NCBI GenBank assembly: GCA_037719575.1
Contig: JBBJMF010000004.1
Span: forward strand, 132 to 64,131
Origin: Nocardioidaceae bacterium
Lineage (GTDB): Bacteria > Actinomycetota > Actinomycetes > Propionibacteriales > Nocardioidaceae
DNA length: 64,000 nucleotides
Reading direction: 5' to 3'
Shown: positions 10,869-22,360 of the stretch, in pieces
How positions within the stretch are numbered: position 1 is the stretch's first letter
Layout of the letters: each line of letters begins with the position of its first letter
Notes under the pieces: model-generated
Databases searched by the model: none
What the model saw: the letters and a program-made list of their open reading frames with translations, nothing else
What the model was told of the DNA's origin: nothing
Position numbers and translations under genes: made by a program

Positions 10869-12989
10869 TCAACCCTTGGCGTCGGCTGCCGCGATGCTGT
10901 CGATAGCAGCCTGGGTGACGACCTCTGCGGTCATCCCGAACTCCATGTAGAGGCGTTGGTAGTCCGCGGAGGCGCCGAAGTGGTCGATGGAGACGATGCG
11001 TCCGGCATCGCCGACGAGGTCGCGCCACCCCATCGCCACGCCGGCCTCGACTGAGACCCGCGCCTTGACGGTCGGTGGGATCACGATGTCGCGGTAGGTC
11101 CGGTCCTGCTCCTCGAACCACTCGCGGCACGGCATGGAGACCACGCGAGCCCGGATGTTCTTCGCGGCGAGCTGCTCACGCGCGGCGACGGCGATCTGCA
11201 CCTCCGAGCCGGTGCCGATGAGCACGACGTCCGGCGCGCCGCCGTCGACATCCAGCAGGACATAGGCGCCCCTGGACACGTTCGACGTGTCCGAGAAGCC
11301 GTCGGTGCCGCGGGGGAAGGTCGGCACGTTCTGCCGGCTGAGCGCGAGCCCGGCCGGACGGTCGGAGTGCTCGAGGATGGTGCGCCAGGCGGCGACGGTC
11401 TCGTTGGCGTCGGCTGGCCGGACCACGTCGAGGCCGGGGATCGCCCGCAGTGCCGCGAGCTGCTCGATGGGCTGATGGGTGGGGCCGTCCTCGCCGAGGC
11501 CGATGGAGTCGTGGGTCCAGACGTACGTGACCGGCAGCTTCATGAGCGCGGCGAGGCGTACGGCGGGGCGCATGTAGTCGGAGAAGATGAGGAACGTGCC
11601 GCCGTACGGCCGGGTGCCACCGTGCAGCGCGATGCCGTTGAGCAGCGAGCCCATGGCGTGCTCGCGGATGCCGAAGTGCAGGACGCGGCCGTACCAGTCG
11701 CCGCTGAACTCCTTGGTGGCGTGTTCGGGAGGGATGAAGCTCGGCTGGCCCTTGGGCGTCGTGTTGTTCGAGCCGGCCAGGTCGGCGGACCCGCCCCAGA
11801 GCTCCGGGAGAACCGGTGCGATCGCGGTCAGGACGTCGCCGGAGGCGGCCCGAGTGGCCACGCCCTTCTCGCTGGTCTCGAAGGTCGGCAGCGCGTCAGC
11901 CCAGCCGTCCGGCAGGGTGCGGGTGCGCATCCGGTCGTAGAGGGCCCTGCGGTCCCCGGCCTTCGCGTCCCAGGCCTCGAAGCGCTCCTGCCAGGCGGCC
12001 TGTTCCGCCTTTCCGCGCTCGATCGCCTCACGGGTATGAGCGATCACCTCGTCGCTGATATCGAAGGTCTGGTCCGGGTCGAAGCCGAGGATCTTCTTGG
12101 TGGCCGCGACCTCCTCGTCACCGAGCGCATTGCCGTGAGCCTTGAAGGTGTTCTGCAGGGTGGGTGCCGGCCAGCCGATGATGGTGCGCAGCTGGATGAA
12201 GCTCGGGCGCCTGGTCTCCGCCTTGGCCTTCCGGTAGGCGGCGTAGAGCGCCTGCACGTTCTCCTGGTAACCCTTGCCGTCGTTGGTCCAGTCGACAACC
12301 TGCACGTGCCAGCCGTAGGCCTGGTAGCGCTTGGCGACGTCCTCGTTGAACGCGATCGAGGTGTTGTCCTCGATCGAGATCTGGTTGTCGTCGTACAGCA
12401 GCGTCAGGTTGCCGAGCTGCTGGGTGCCGGCGATCGACGACGCCTCGGAGCTGATGCCCTCCTCCAGGTCGCCGTCGCTCGCGAAGACGAAGATGTCGTG
12501 GTCGAAGAGGCTCTCACCCGGCGCCGGTTCCGGGTCGAAGAGCCCACGCTCTCGCCGCGCCGCCATCGCCATCCCGACGGCGTTGCCCACGCCCTGGCCG
12601 AGCGGACCGGTCGTCGTCTCGACCCCGGCGGTGTGGCCGTGCTCGGGGTGACCCGGGGTCATGCTGCCCCACACCCGCAGGCCTTTGAGGTCGTCGAGCT
12701 CGAGGCCGTAACCCGCGTAGTAGAGCTGGATGTAGAGGGTGAGACTGGAGTGTCCGCAGGAGAGCACGAACCTGTCGCGTCCCGGCCAGTCGGGGTCGGC
12801 CGGGTTGTGCCGCATCACCTTCTGGAAGAGCAGGTACGCGGCGGGGGCCAGGCTCATGGCGGTGCCGGGGTGCCCGTTGCCGACCTTCTGCACGGCGTCC
12901 ATCGCGAGCACCCGGACGGTGTCGACGGCGCGGTCGTCGAGGTCGGACCAGTCGAGGCGCGCGGGGCGTGTGGTGGAGGCGCTTGTCAC
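10869..12989 (-). CDS. tkt: Transketolase
   Basis: '[10 protein letters not shown]', 'ASDGDLEEG', '[18 protein letters not shown]' TPP-enzyme motifs. The start is uncertain: GTG 12989 is preferred on homolog length, and the ORF-track start at 13052 is possible. Confidence 0.9.
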   Translation of the reverse strand: MTSASTTRPARLDWSDLDDRAVDTVRVLAMDAVQKVGNGHPGTAMSLAPAAYLLFQKVMRHNPADPDWPGRDRFVLSCGHSSLTLYIQLYYAGYGLELDDLKGLRVWGSMTPGHPEHGHTAGVETTTGPLGQGVGNAVGMAMAARRERGLFDPEPAPGESLFDHDIFVFASDGDLEEGISSEASSIAGTQQLGNLTLLYDDNQISIEDNTSIAFNEDVAKRYQAYGWHVQVVDWTNDGKGYQENVQALYAAYRKAKAETRRPSFIQLRTIIGWPAPTLQNTFKAHGNALGDEEVAATKKILGFDPDQTFDISDEVIAHTREAIERGKAEQAAWQERFEAWDAKAGDRRALYDRMRTRTLPDGWADALPTFETSEKGVATRAASGDVLTAIAPVLPELWGGSADLAGSNNTTPKGQPSFIPPEHATKEFSGDWYGRVLHFGIREHAMGSLLNGIALHGGTRPYGGTFLIFSDYMRPAVRLAALMKLPVTYVWTHDSIGLGEDGPTHQPIEQLAALRAIPGLDVVRPADANETVAAWRTILEHSDRPAGLALSRQNVPTFPRGTDGFSDTSNVSRGAYVLLDVDGGAPDVVLIGTGSEVQIAVAAREQLAAKNIRARVVSMPCREWFEEQDRTYRDIVIPPTVKARVSVEAGVAMGWRDLVGDAGRIVSIDHFGASADYQRLYMEFGMTAEVVTQAAIDSIAAADAKG

Positions 12990-13217
12990 AGCGTCGGTCC
13001 TTCCTCGGCGTGCTGCACTTGGTTGGCGGTCTGCACTCGGAGAGCGGGCCACAGGTACCGGCGCCGCTCACGGCGAGCCTACTGCCACCGGCCTGTCGCA
13101 TCCCGGACGTGTGCCGCCCCACGACAGCGCACCGGGCCTGCCCGACTAGACTGCATGCGTTGGAAACGCCCGTGCGTCACCAGGTCTGCGCCCGGGCGAC
13201 GTTCACGTCAACTCGAG

Positions 13218-14210
13218 GTGTCTGTGACGGCTGTCGACCCGCAACCGCCTGTGCTGGCGCAGGCGTCATCGGTCCGGGCAGTGCCCGTCGTCGGGGTGGG
13301 CGCCAGTTCCGGCGACCGGCTGGGAGCCGGCACCGTGCTCGCGGCGTACGTCGCGCTCACGAAGCCGCGCATCGTCGAGCTGCTGCTGCTGACGACGGTG
13401 CCGGTGATGTTCCTCGCGCAGCGTGGCGTGCCCTCGCTGTGGCTGGTGGCGGCCACAGTCGTGGGCGGCACCCTCGCCGCCGGGAGTGCGAACACCCTCA
13501 ACTGTGTGCTGGACCGCGACATCGACGAGCAGATGCTGCGGACCCGCCGTCGGCCGCTCCCGCGGCACCAGGTGTCGACGCAGGCAGCGTCGGTCTTCGG
13601 TGTCGTCCTCGGCGTCGTGGCGACCCTCCTGCTCGGCTTCGCAGTCAACTGGCTGTCGGCCGGCCTGGCTCTCGCGGCGAACGTGTTCTACGTGGTCGGC
13701 TACACCTGGCTGCTCAAGCGACGTACGTCGCAGAACATCGTCTGGGGCGGGGCCGCCGGCTGCTTTCCCGCGCTGATCGGGTGGACCGCGGTCACGGGGT
13801 CACTCGCTTGGCCGCCCGTCGTCCTCTTCCTCGTCGTCTTCTTCTGGACGCCACCCCACTTCTGGTCGCTCGCGATCCGGTACCGCGACGACTATGCGGC
13901 CGCGGCGGTGCCGATGCTGCCGGTCGTGGCTCCCGTTACGGTCGTGGGTCGCCAGATCGTGGCCTACACCTGGCTGACCGTGGCGACCTCACTGGTGCTG
14001 TGGCCCGTGGCCGGGACGGGCTGGGTCTACCCGCTCGCTGCGGTGGTGCTGGGCTGCCTGCTGCTCGTTGAGGCGCACGCGCTCGCGGTCCGCGCGACGC
14101 GGACCGCGGACCCGGTGGCGCTGAAGGCGATGCGCCTCTTCCACTGGTCGAACGCCTACCTGGCCTTGCTCTTCCTCGCGGTCGCGCTCGACCCGCTGCT
14201 GACCCGCTGA
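13218..14210 (+). CDS. ctaB: Protoheme IX farnesyltransferase (heme O synthase)
   Basis: UbiA-type motif '[21 protein letters not shown]', multiple TM helices, '[12 protein letters not shown]'. Only the last third of the 947-aa ORF is real. Start is GTG 13218 or 13224. Confidence 0.9.
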   Translation: MSVTAVDPQPPVLAQASSVRAVPVVGVGASSGDRLGAGTVLAAYVALTKPRIVELLLLTTVPVMFLAQRGVPSLWLVAATVVGGTLAAGSANTLNCVLDRDIDEQMLRTRRRPLPRHQVSTQAASVFGVVLGVVATLLLGFAVNWLSAGLALAANVFYVVGYTWLLKRRTSQNIVWGGAAGCFPALIGWTAVTGSLAWPPVVLFLVVFFWTPPHFWSLAIRYRDDYAAAAVPMLPVVAPVTVVGRQIVAYTWLTVATSLVLWPVAGTGWVYPLAAVVLGCLLLVEAHALAVRATRTADPVALKAMRLFHWSNAYLALLFLAVALDPLLTR

Positions 14211-14228
14211 CCCGGTGAGGTACCCGAA

Positions 14229-15077
14229 GTGACCACGTCATCACGTCTGCCGAGGCGCGCTTCGCTCGGCGCCGCCGTGCGCGTGATGGTCGTCGTCGGC
14301 CTGACCGCGACCGGCTGCGCGGGTGGCAGCTCCGACAACGAGTCGGCGCCCGGGACGCCCAGCGGCTCCCCGACCGGCACCACCGCGACCCGCACCACGG
14401 GGGTCCCGACCACCGACGCGCCGACCGACACCACACCCCCGCGGCCGGGCGCGCCGTGCCTCCAGCCGTCCGACCACGCGCGGCTCGTCAGGTTCGGTCC
14501 CCGGCAGGGACTCGGCGGGTACGCCGTGGGCACGGGGGCACGCTACGTCGTCCTCGCTCATCAGAGCGACGGAGACAGCTGCCAGATGCTGCCGCTCGCG
14601 CTCCGGCTGGCGGCGGCCGGCTACCACGCGTTCGCGTTCGACGGCGCCGGCGTGGAGTCGAGCACGGCGGTTGTTGGCGATGGGCGCCGGGTGGCTGACG
14701 ACGTGCTCTCGGCCGTGGCCTGGTGCCGGGCACGGGGGGCCGAGTCCGTCGCGCTCGTCGGTGCGTCGAAGGGCGGGTACGGCGTGCTGAGCGCCGCCCT
14801 GCTCGCGCGACGACCCGTCGACGCGGTCGTCAGCCTGTCGGCGCCGAGCGTCTGGGACGACCCCCAGGGCAAACCGCTCGACATCGCCGCGATGGCGAGC
14901 CCCACGCAGCTGTGGGCCTCCCGCTATGACACCACGTTCTTCGAGGCCGCCAAGGGCTTCGCCCGAGACGACCCGGCGGCGGAGCTGCATATCGCGCCCG
15001 GGATCGCGCACGGCGTGCAGCTCGTGTCCCCGGCTTTCGGCCGGATCAGAGGCTTCCTCGACGCGCACCTTCGATGA
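14229..15077 (+). CDS. Putative lipoprotein, alpha/beta-hydrolase fold
   Basis: Signal peptide ending in the lipobox-like 'LTATGC', a Pro/Thr-rich linker, then 'VALVGASKGGYG' nucleophile-elbow-like motif. Confidence 0.6.
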   Translation: MTTSSRLPRRASLGAAVRVMVVVGLTATGCAGGSSDNESAPGTPSGSPTGTTATRTTGVPTTDAPTDTTPPRPGAPCLQPSDHARLVRFGPRQGLGGYAVGTGARYVVLAHQSDGDSCQMLPLALRLAAAGYHAFAFDGAGVESSTAVVGDGRRVADDVLSAVAWCRARGAESVALVGASKGGYGVLSAALLARRPVDAVVSLSAPSVWDDPQGKPLDIAAMASPTQLWASRYDTTFFEAAKGFARDDPAAELHIAPGIAHGVQLVSPAFGRIRGFLDAHLR

Positions 15078-15807
15078 CGACCGTCGCGGCAACCTTGTCG
15101 TGCAGTGCCTGACGGCGCGGGTCCCGCAGCGGCCACAGGTAGTCGACAAGGCCGGCGAGGGACGCGAGGATCCCGATCACCGGGACCAGGCTGATGGCCG
15201 CGAGTCCGTAGATGAAACCCACCCGCCGGACGATCGTCGACCAGGCAAGCTGGCCGCTGCTGTCCCACGTCCGCACGCTGATGTCCAGGGCCCGCTTCCC
15301 CGGCGTAGCGCCGGAGCGGCGCAGGAAGAACGTCTCGTAGCAGAGCTCGACCGCGATGAACACGGCGATGAAGGACAGCCACCAGGTGACGAAGTCCTGC
15401 GGAGGGGAGAAGGCGCTGTTCGTCCCCCTGCTCATCTGGTCGGAGACGGCCTGGAAGGACCGGTACAGCAAGTAGCCGGTGAGCGGGAGGCTGGCCAGGA
15501 AGACGAGGATCGTGTCGAGCAGCCGGGCGGCGAACCGCTTGACCCACGTCGTGACCTGGGCGCCGTCAGACGTGACCAGCCGGCTGGCGGCGCTGCCCGG
15601 CGCCGGCTGCCCGGGCTGTGGAGTGGGTCGTCCGTAGTCCCAGGTCTGGTTGGCCGTTGGCGGCGCCCCGGGGTACTGCGCAGGCGCCTCGCTTGGGGGC
15701 GGCGGCTGCTGCCGGGGCGCGACATGCTCCGTCCAGGCCTCGCCGTCCCAGTAGCGGAGCCCGGAGGCGTCGCGGGGGTCGTCGTACCAGCCGGCGGTCG
15801 GTGCCAT
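15046..15807 (-). CDS. RDD-family membrane protein with N-terminal DUF2510-like motif
   Basis: 'GWYDDPRDASGLRYWDGEAWTEHV' followed by a Pro-rich linker and TM helices with 'FFLRRSGATPGKRALD' (RDD-like). ATG 15807. Confidence 0.7.
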   Translation of the reverse strand: MAPTAGWYDDPRDASGLRYWDGEAWTEHVAPRQQPPPPSEAPAQYPGAPPTANQTWDYGRPTPQPGQPAPGSAASRLVTSDGAQVTTWVKRFAARLLDTILVFLASLPLTGYLLYRSFQAVSDQMSRGTNSAFSPPQDFVTWWLSFIAVFIAVELCYETFFLRRSGATPGKRALDISVRTWDSSGQLAWSTIVRRVGFIYGLAAISLVPVIGILASLAGLVDYLWPLRDPRRQALHDKVAATVVIEGARRGSL

Positions 15808-15904
15808 TGCCCTAGCCTGCCACGACGCCGGTCCCCCGCATCCGTCCGCGGTCCTGCGGGTTGTTTGCGTGCGAGCGGCGCAGACGAATCGCGCTCCGGG
15901 GGGG

Positions 15905-16885
15905 TCAGGCGCGCTGGATGCCTCGGTCCCGGGTGCCGAGCCACAGCCAGGCACCGGCGGCAGTGACGAGCGCCGCTCCGAGCAGGTGTATCCCGACGAG
16001 GACGATCGGCAGGTCCGTGAGGTACTGGGTGAAGCCGACGACGCCCTGTGCGAGCTCCAGGCCCAGCAGCGTGCGGACGGCCCGCAGGGCGCGCTCGGGT
16101 GCCCCCGTGGCGCGCAGCGCCAGCCAGGTGCCGACGGTCAGGCCCACCAGCAGGAACACCAGGTCGGCGTGCAGCTGGCTGAGGGCGGCCGGGGCGAGCC
16201 CGTTCCGGGGGGCGTCGGGGCTGCCCGCGTGCGGGCCCGAGCCGGTGACGACGGTACCGACATACAGCACGAGCGCTGCCACCACGAGGAGGGCTCGGGT
16301 CAGCACCACGACCGGCCGAGGCACCGTGGGGTTGGCCGGGCGGTCCAGCTCGTCGACCCGTCGGAGCAGGACGACCGCGACCGCGATCATCGCCAGCGAG
16401 GAGAGCAGGTGGAAGGACACGACCCACGGGTTGAGGTCGGTGAGCACGGTGATACCCCCGACCACCGCTTGCGCTGGGATGCCGAGCAGCAGCCCGGTCG
16501 CCAGCAGCCGGATCGAGCGGCGAGCCGGGTGGAGACGCATGGCGGCCACCCACGTGACGACCGCGACGGCGGCGAGGACGAACGTGAGCATCCGGTTCCC
16601 GAACTCGATGAACCCGTTGACCCCGAGGGCGTCATGGACGACGAACGACTCCGAGGTGCAGCGCGGCCAGGTGGGGCAGCCGAGCCCCGACCCGGTCAGT
16701 CGTACCGCGCCGCCCGTGACGACCAGCACGATGTTGGCCACCAGGGAAGCCGCCGCCAGCCGTCGCATCGTGGTGCGTGTCGGCGCGGGGATACGCTTCC
16801 AGAGACCAGAGGGCGCCAGGCCCGGCTCGGGCGGCCGTTCGGGAGCGACCTCGCCGGCCACGCCCACGGGACCGGTCACTCCCAT
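15905..16885 (-). CDS. ctaA: Heme A synthase (COX15/CtaA)
   Basis: 'VTGGAVRLTGSGLGCPTWPRC' plus eight hydrophobic helices with conserved His. The start is uncertain: ATG 16885 overlaps the upstream stop, and ATG 16768 is the alternative. Confidence 0.85.
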   Translation of the reverse strand: MGVTGPVGVAGEVAPERPPEPGLAPSGLWKRIPAPTRTTMRRLAAASLVANIVLVVTGGAVRLTGSGLGCPTWPRCTSESFVVHDALGVNGFIEFGNRMLTFVLAAVAVVTWVAAMRLHPARRSIRLLATGLLLGIPAQAVVGGITVLTDLNPWVVSFHLLSSLAMIAVAVVLLRRVDELDRPANPTVPRPVVVLTRALLVVAALVLYVGTVVTGSGPHAGSPDAPRNGLAPAALSQLHADLVFLLVGLTVGTWLALRATGAPERALRAVRTLLGLELAQGVVGFTQYLTDLPIVLVGIHLLGAALVTAAGAWLWLGTRDRGIQRA

Positions 16886-17652
16886 CGGAACAGCCGAGCG
16901 GTGGCCGCCGCCGCGACGACCGCCCAGCCCGCCAGGACCGCGAGGTGCAGGGCCGAGACCCCGCTGCCACTCAGCGCCTCCCGCAGTCCCTCGGCCAGCG
17001 CGCCCGACGGGAGCAGCGTCACGACGTCGCGGACTCCGCTCGGGTACGACGACAGAGGGACCACGACCGCTCCCGCGACGAGCAGCAGGATGTAGACGAG
17101 GTTGGCGGCGGCCAACGTCGCCTCGGCCCTCAGCGTGCCGGCCATCAGTAGCGCCAGAGAGGCGAACGCAGCGGTGCCAACGAGGCCGAGGAGCACCGCC
17201 CAGGCCACCGCAACGGGTCCGGCGTGCGGGCGCCAGCCGAGTGCCAGTCCCACGCCGCTGATGACGACGACCTGCGCCACCTCGACGACGACGAGCGACC
17301 CGACCTTCCCGAGCAGCAGCCCGGATCGGGGCAGGGGAGAGGCCCCCAGGCGCTTGAGAACCCCATAGCGACGCTCGAAGCCGGTGGCGATCGCCAGCGA
17401 CGTGAACGCAGTCGACATGACGGCAAGCGCCAGCACTCCTGGGGTCAGCACGTCGATCCGGCGTCCCGCACCGAGGTCGACGACCCCGCCGGACTCCGCC
17501 CCCCCGACGAGGAGCAGCACCGGGATCACCAGCGCGAGCAGCACCTGCTCGCCGTTGCGAGCGAGCAGCCGCGTCTCCATCCGGGCGTGCGACCAGACCA
17601 TCGTCGCGAGTGGCGCCCGGCCCGGCGCGGGCGCGAAGGACAGGGCCGTCAT
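16876..17652 (-). CDS. ABC-2 type transporter permease
   Basis: Six hydrophobic helices. ATG 17652 overlaps the stop of the upstream ATPase gene (ATGA). Same arrangement as the ABC pair next to ctaA in mycobacteria. Confidence 0.8.
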   Translation of the reverse strand: MTALSFAPAPGRAPLATMVWSHARMETRLLARNGEQVLLALVIPVLLLVGGAESGGVVDLGAGRRIDVLTPGVLALAVMSTAFTSLAIATGFERRYGVLKRLGASPLPRSGLLLGKVGSLVVVEVAQVVVISGVGLALGWRPHAGPVAVAWAVLLGLVGTAAFASLALLMAGTLRAEATLAAANLVYILLLVAGAVVVPLSSYPSGVRDVVTLLPSGALAEGLREALSGSGVSALHLAVLAGWAVVAAAATARLFRWE

Positions 17653-18572
17653 GCCCGCAGCTCCCGCCCGGTGAGCTGCAGGAAGACGTCCTCGAGGGTG
17701 GCGCGACCAACCCGCAGGCCCTCCGGCATCATGCCCTGGGCAGCGCACCACGACGTCACTGCGGCCAGGAGGAGGGGGGACACCTCGCCGCTCACGGCGT
17801 AGCCGCCACCCGGCTGAGCCGTGACCGTGCTGCCCGCGGGAAGCGCGGCGGTCATGGCCGCGATGTCGAGACCGGTCGGTCCGCTGAAGCGGATCGACTC
17901 GGTCGACCGCCCGGCCGTCAGCTGGGCGGGGCTCCCGGACGCCAGCACCCGTCCCTGGTCGAGCACGTGCACCCGGGCTGCGAGACGCTCCGCCTCCTCG
18001 ATGTAGTGCGTCGTCAGCACCACCGTCACTCCTTCGCGGGCCAGCTCCTCCACCAGCTCCCACGTCGCGTGCCTGGCCTGCGGGTCGAGACCCGCGGTCG
18101 GCTCGTCGAGAAAGACGAGCTCCGGACGTCCCACCACGGCCATCGCGATCCCGAGCCGCTGCTGCTGGCCGCCGCTCAGTCGCCGGTACGGCGTCCGGCC
18201 GCACCCGCCGAGACCGAGCCGCTCGACGAGTGCATCGACCGGGAGCGGGTTGGTGTGGAGCGAGGCGACGTACCGGAGCATCTCGATCGCCCGGGCGGCC
18301 GACCAGGTCCCGCCCTGCTGCAACATGACGCCGACGCGAGGTGCCAGGGCATGGTGGTCACGTCGGGGGTCCAGGCCGAGCACGCGCACCCGTCCTGTCT
18401 GGGGGAACCGATAGCCCTCGCAGGTCTCGATCGTCGTGGTCTTCCCGGCGCCGTTCGGACCGAGAACGGCGGTCACCTCACCTGCGACCACGTCCAGGGA
18501 CAGCCCGTCGACGGCGGTCGTGGCGCCGTACCTCATCACGAGGTCGGTCACCTCCACCGCGAGGGTAGTCAC
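17649..18572 (-). CDS. ABC transporter ATP-binding protein
   Basis: Walker A 'GPNGAGKTT', signature 'LSGGQQQRL', Walker B 'LVFLDEPTAGLD'. GTG 18572 gives 'VTTLAVEVTDLVMRYG'. Confidence 0.9.
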   Translation of the reverse strand: MTTLAVEVTDLVMRYGATTAVDGLSLDVVAGEVTAVLGPNGAGKTTTIETCEGYRFPQTGRVRVLGLDPRRDHHALAPRVGVMLQQGGTWSAARAIEMLRYVASLHTNPLPVDALVERLGLGGCGRTPYRRLSGGQQQRLGIAMAVVGRPELVFLDEPTAGLDPQARHATWELVEELAREGVTVVLTTHYIEEAERLAARVHVLDQGRVLASGSPAQLTAGRSTESIRFSGPTGLDIAAMTAALPAGSTVTAQPGGGYAVSGEVSPLLLAAVTSWCAAQGMMPEGLRVGRATLEDVFLQLTGRELRA

Positions 18573-18640
18573 GCCTCGCAGTCTAAAGTTCGGGCGGCCG
18601 CCTTCCCGCACCGGCAGACCAGCTTGTCCCCGAGTGCCGA

Positions 18641-18672
18641 GGGTGCTTGCCTGGCCAGCAAGGCAGGCACCC
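18641..18672. promoter_or_regulatory. 32-bp near-perfect dyad in the divergent ABC / sufR intergenic region
   Basis: In GGGTGCTTGCCTGGCCAGCAAGGCAGGCACCC, 12 of the outer 13 positions pair (one T/G), around a central CTGGCCAG palindrome. Flanked by direct GTGCCG repeats. Confidence 0.3.
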
Positions 18673-18780
18673 CTTGTGCCGGGCGGATCTGGGTGGCCCA
18701 AGGGATGTCTGCGTGGTGAGCCAGCCAAACGCAGGCCGGCGGTTAGGCAAGCCTCATTTGAGAGGCTCGAGGAATTAGGA

Positions 18781-18796
18781 CACAATGGTGTTGTGA
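18781..18796. promoter_or_regulatory. SufR-box-like inverted repeat overlapping the sufR start codon
   Basis: CACAA-TGGTG-TTGTG is a perfect 5-N5-5 inverted repeat. It can also be read as ACAAT-N5-TGTGA, one mismatch from the ACACT-N5-TGTGA operator I recall for mycobacterial SufR. Confidence 0.35.
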
Positions 18797-19556
18797 AAAC
18801 CCAGGTAGGGGCCGTCCAGGTCAGGGGCGAGAGCGCGACGACCTACGGTGTCGTCGACGACTCACCCACGCGCGAGCGGGTCGCGGCCTCGATTCTGGAG
18901 AACGGACCCTCGACGGCAGCCGCCCTCGCCGAACGGCTGGCGCTGACGCCGGCTGCCGTTCGCCGCCACCTCGACCACCTGGTCGCGACGGGGGCCGTCG
19001 AGTCTCGGCAGCCCCGGGTCTCCGGAGTGCGCGGCCGCGGCCGGCCGGCCAAGGTCTTCGTGCTCACCGAGTCGGGGCGCGACACGTTCTACCAGGCCTA
19101 TGACGATCTCGCGCTCGGCGCCCTCCGCTTCCTCAGTGAGTCCGGCGGCCCGGCAGCCGTCGCCGACTTCGCCCGCCGCCGGACGGCCGGGCTCGAGGAG
19201 CGGTACCGCCCGGTCGTCGAGGCAGCCGAGCCGGGCGAGCGCGCCGCCGTTCTCGCCGACGCACTCACCCAGGAGGGGTACGCCGCCTCCGTGACGTCCA
19301 CGCCGCTCGGCGACCAGCTCTGCCAGCACCACTGCCCAGTTGCCCACGTGGCAGCCGAGTTCCCCCAGCTCTGCGAGGCCGAGACCGAGGTGTTCGCCCG
19401 GCTGCTCGGTCGGCACGTCCAGCGGCTCGCCACCATCGCCCACGGTGATGGCGTGTGTACGACGAACGTCCCCCACCAGGTCACTGCCTCGGCCCGCACC
19501 GCCGGTCGACGTACCCCAGAAACCCCAGCACCCGTTCCGATGGGAAGGATCCCTTC

Positions 19557-19560
<4 letters not shown>
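18793..19560 (+). CDS. sufR: Iron-sulfur cluster biosynthesis transcriptional regulator SufR (ArsR-type wHTH)
   Basis: wHTH '[34 protein letters not shown]' and C-terminal Cys ligands '[21 protein letters not shown]'. Stop overlaps the sufB ATG (ATGA). GTG 18793 is the only in-frame start near the homologous region. Confidence 0.8.
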
Positions 19561-20969
<1,409 letters not shown>

Positions 20970-20975
<6 letters not shown>

Positions 20976-20988
20976 TCGCAGATCATCC
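20970..20988 (+). other. Perfect 8-bp stem / 3-nt loop hairpin on the sufB stop codon
   Basis: GGATGATC-GCA-GATCATCC. The sufB TGA is at 20973-20975, inside the left arm. It opens an atypical 197-nt sufB-sufD spacer. Confidence 0.3.
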
Positions 20989-21172
20989 AACCGCGACGGC
21001 GCTGTGGTGACGAGGGGCTGCGCGGCGGCGGCCGGTCCGGGCAACCACCCTCGCTCGTCCCTCGCTCGGCGGCCAGGCCCATCCACGCCCGGCCGACTCG
21101 CCGCCGCTCCGCCCCTGCCTTCCAGGTGACGGTCGGACTTCCCCATCGATATCCAGACCAGAAAGTGATGGA

Positions 21173-22360
21173 TTGTTGAGTAGCGGTGCGGTACAGGAGG
21201 CGGTGGAGTCCGCCGGGTCGGTGGCGAGTCATCTGCATGCGGTGCCGTCGTACGACCTAGCCGACCATCCGATGCCCACGGGGCGCGAGGAGGTCTGGCG
21301 GTTCACGCCGCTGAAACGGCTCCGGGGACTGCTCGACGGTGACCCGTCGGACGCACGGCTGGGCTGGGCCGGCGACGTGCCTGCGGGGGTGGCCGTCAAG
21401 GAGATCTCCGGTGCGGAGGCGGCCGCGCTGGGCGTCCTGCCGCCCACCGACCGGCCGTCGGCACTCGCCGTCGTCAACTGTCCCGCGACCGTGCTCGTCG
21501 ACATCCCCGCGGGGCTCGAGCTCGACCAACCGCTTGTCGTCGCACTCACCGGCGAGTCCCCCGACGAGCTCGTGTGGGGCCATGTCGTCGTCCGGGTCGG
21601 CGCGAGCGCCAAGGCGACAGTCGTCTTCGAGCACACCGGGAGCGCCTGCTACGCCGCGTCGACATCGGTCGTGGTCGGCGACAACGCTCAGCTCGACCTG
21701 GTATGTGTCCAGCTCTGGAACCACGACGCCGTCCACCTCGGCCACGTCGGCCTCCGGGTGGGCCGCGACGCGCGCGTTCGCAGCTTCCAGGCCAGCCTCG
21801 GCGGCGACCTGGTCCGCATCACCGAGCACGTCGAGTACGCCGGGCCCGGAGGCGAGCTCGAGATGTTCGGGCTCTACTTCGTCGACGCCGGCCAGCACAT
21901 CGAGCACCGGCTGTTCGTCGACCACAACCAGCCACACACGAAGAGCAACGCGGTCTACAAGGGGGGGTTGCAGGGCAGGGGTGCGCACTCGGTATGGGTC
22001 GGCGACGTGCTGATCCGCAAGGTCGCCGAGGGGATCGAGACCTTCGAGACCAACCGCAACCTGGTCCTTACCGACGGGTGTCGGGCCGACTCCGTGCCCA
22101 ACCTGGAGATCGAGACGGGTGAGATCAAGGGCGCCGGCCATGCCTCCGCCACCGGGCGCTTCGACGACCAGCAGCTGTTCTACCTCCAGTCCCGGGGCAT
22201 CACCGAGGACGAGGCGCGCCGGCTCGTCGTGCACGGTTTCTTCGCCGACATCGTCAAGCGGATCGGCGTACCCGACGTCGAGCGCCGACTGATGGGCTCC
22301 CTCGAGCTCGAGCTCGCCCAGCACGTGGGGCTGGTCCGCTCCGCGGAGCCGGCGTCGTGA
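21173..22360 (+). CDS. sufD: Fe-S cluster assembly protein SufD
   Basis: 'REEVWRFTPLKRL' N-terminal block and C-terminal 'ASATGRFDDQQLFYLQSRGITEDEARRLVVHGF'. TTG 21173 is the first in-frame start. Confidence 0.9.
   Translation: MLSSGAVQEAVESAGSVASHLHAVPSYDLADHPMPTGREEVWRFTPLKRLRGLLDGDPSDARLGWAGDVPAGVAVKEISGAEAAALGVLPPTDRPSALAVVNCPATVLVDIPAGLELDQPLVVALTGESPDELVWGHVVVRVGASAKATVVFEHTGSACYAASTSVVVGDNAQLDLVCVQLWNHDAVHLGHVGLRVGRDARVRSFQASLGGDLVRITEHVEYAGPGGELEMFGLYFVDAGQHIEHRLFVDHNQPHTKSNAVYKGGLQGRGAHSVWVGDVLIRKVAEGIETFETNRNLVLTDGCRADSVPNLEIETGEIKGAGHASATGRFDDQQLFYLQSRGITEDEARRLVVHGFFADIVKRIGVPDVERRLMGSLELELAQHVGLVRSAEPAS

Noticed and set aside
11367-13217. First two thirds of the 947-aa plus-strand ORF 11367-14210
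   Set aside because: It runs antisense to transketolase, whose motifs are unambiguous. The product is an Arg/Gly/Val/Pro-rich, stop-free shadow frame typical of high-GC DNA. Only the last 330 codons (ctaB) are homologous to anything.
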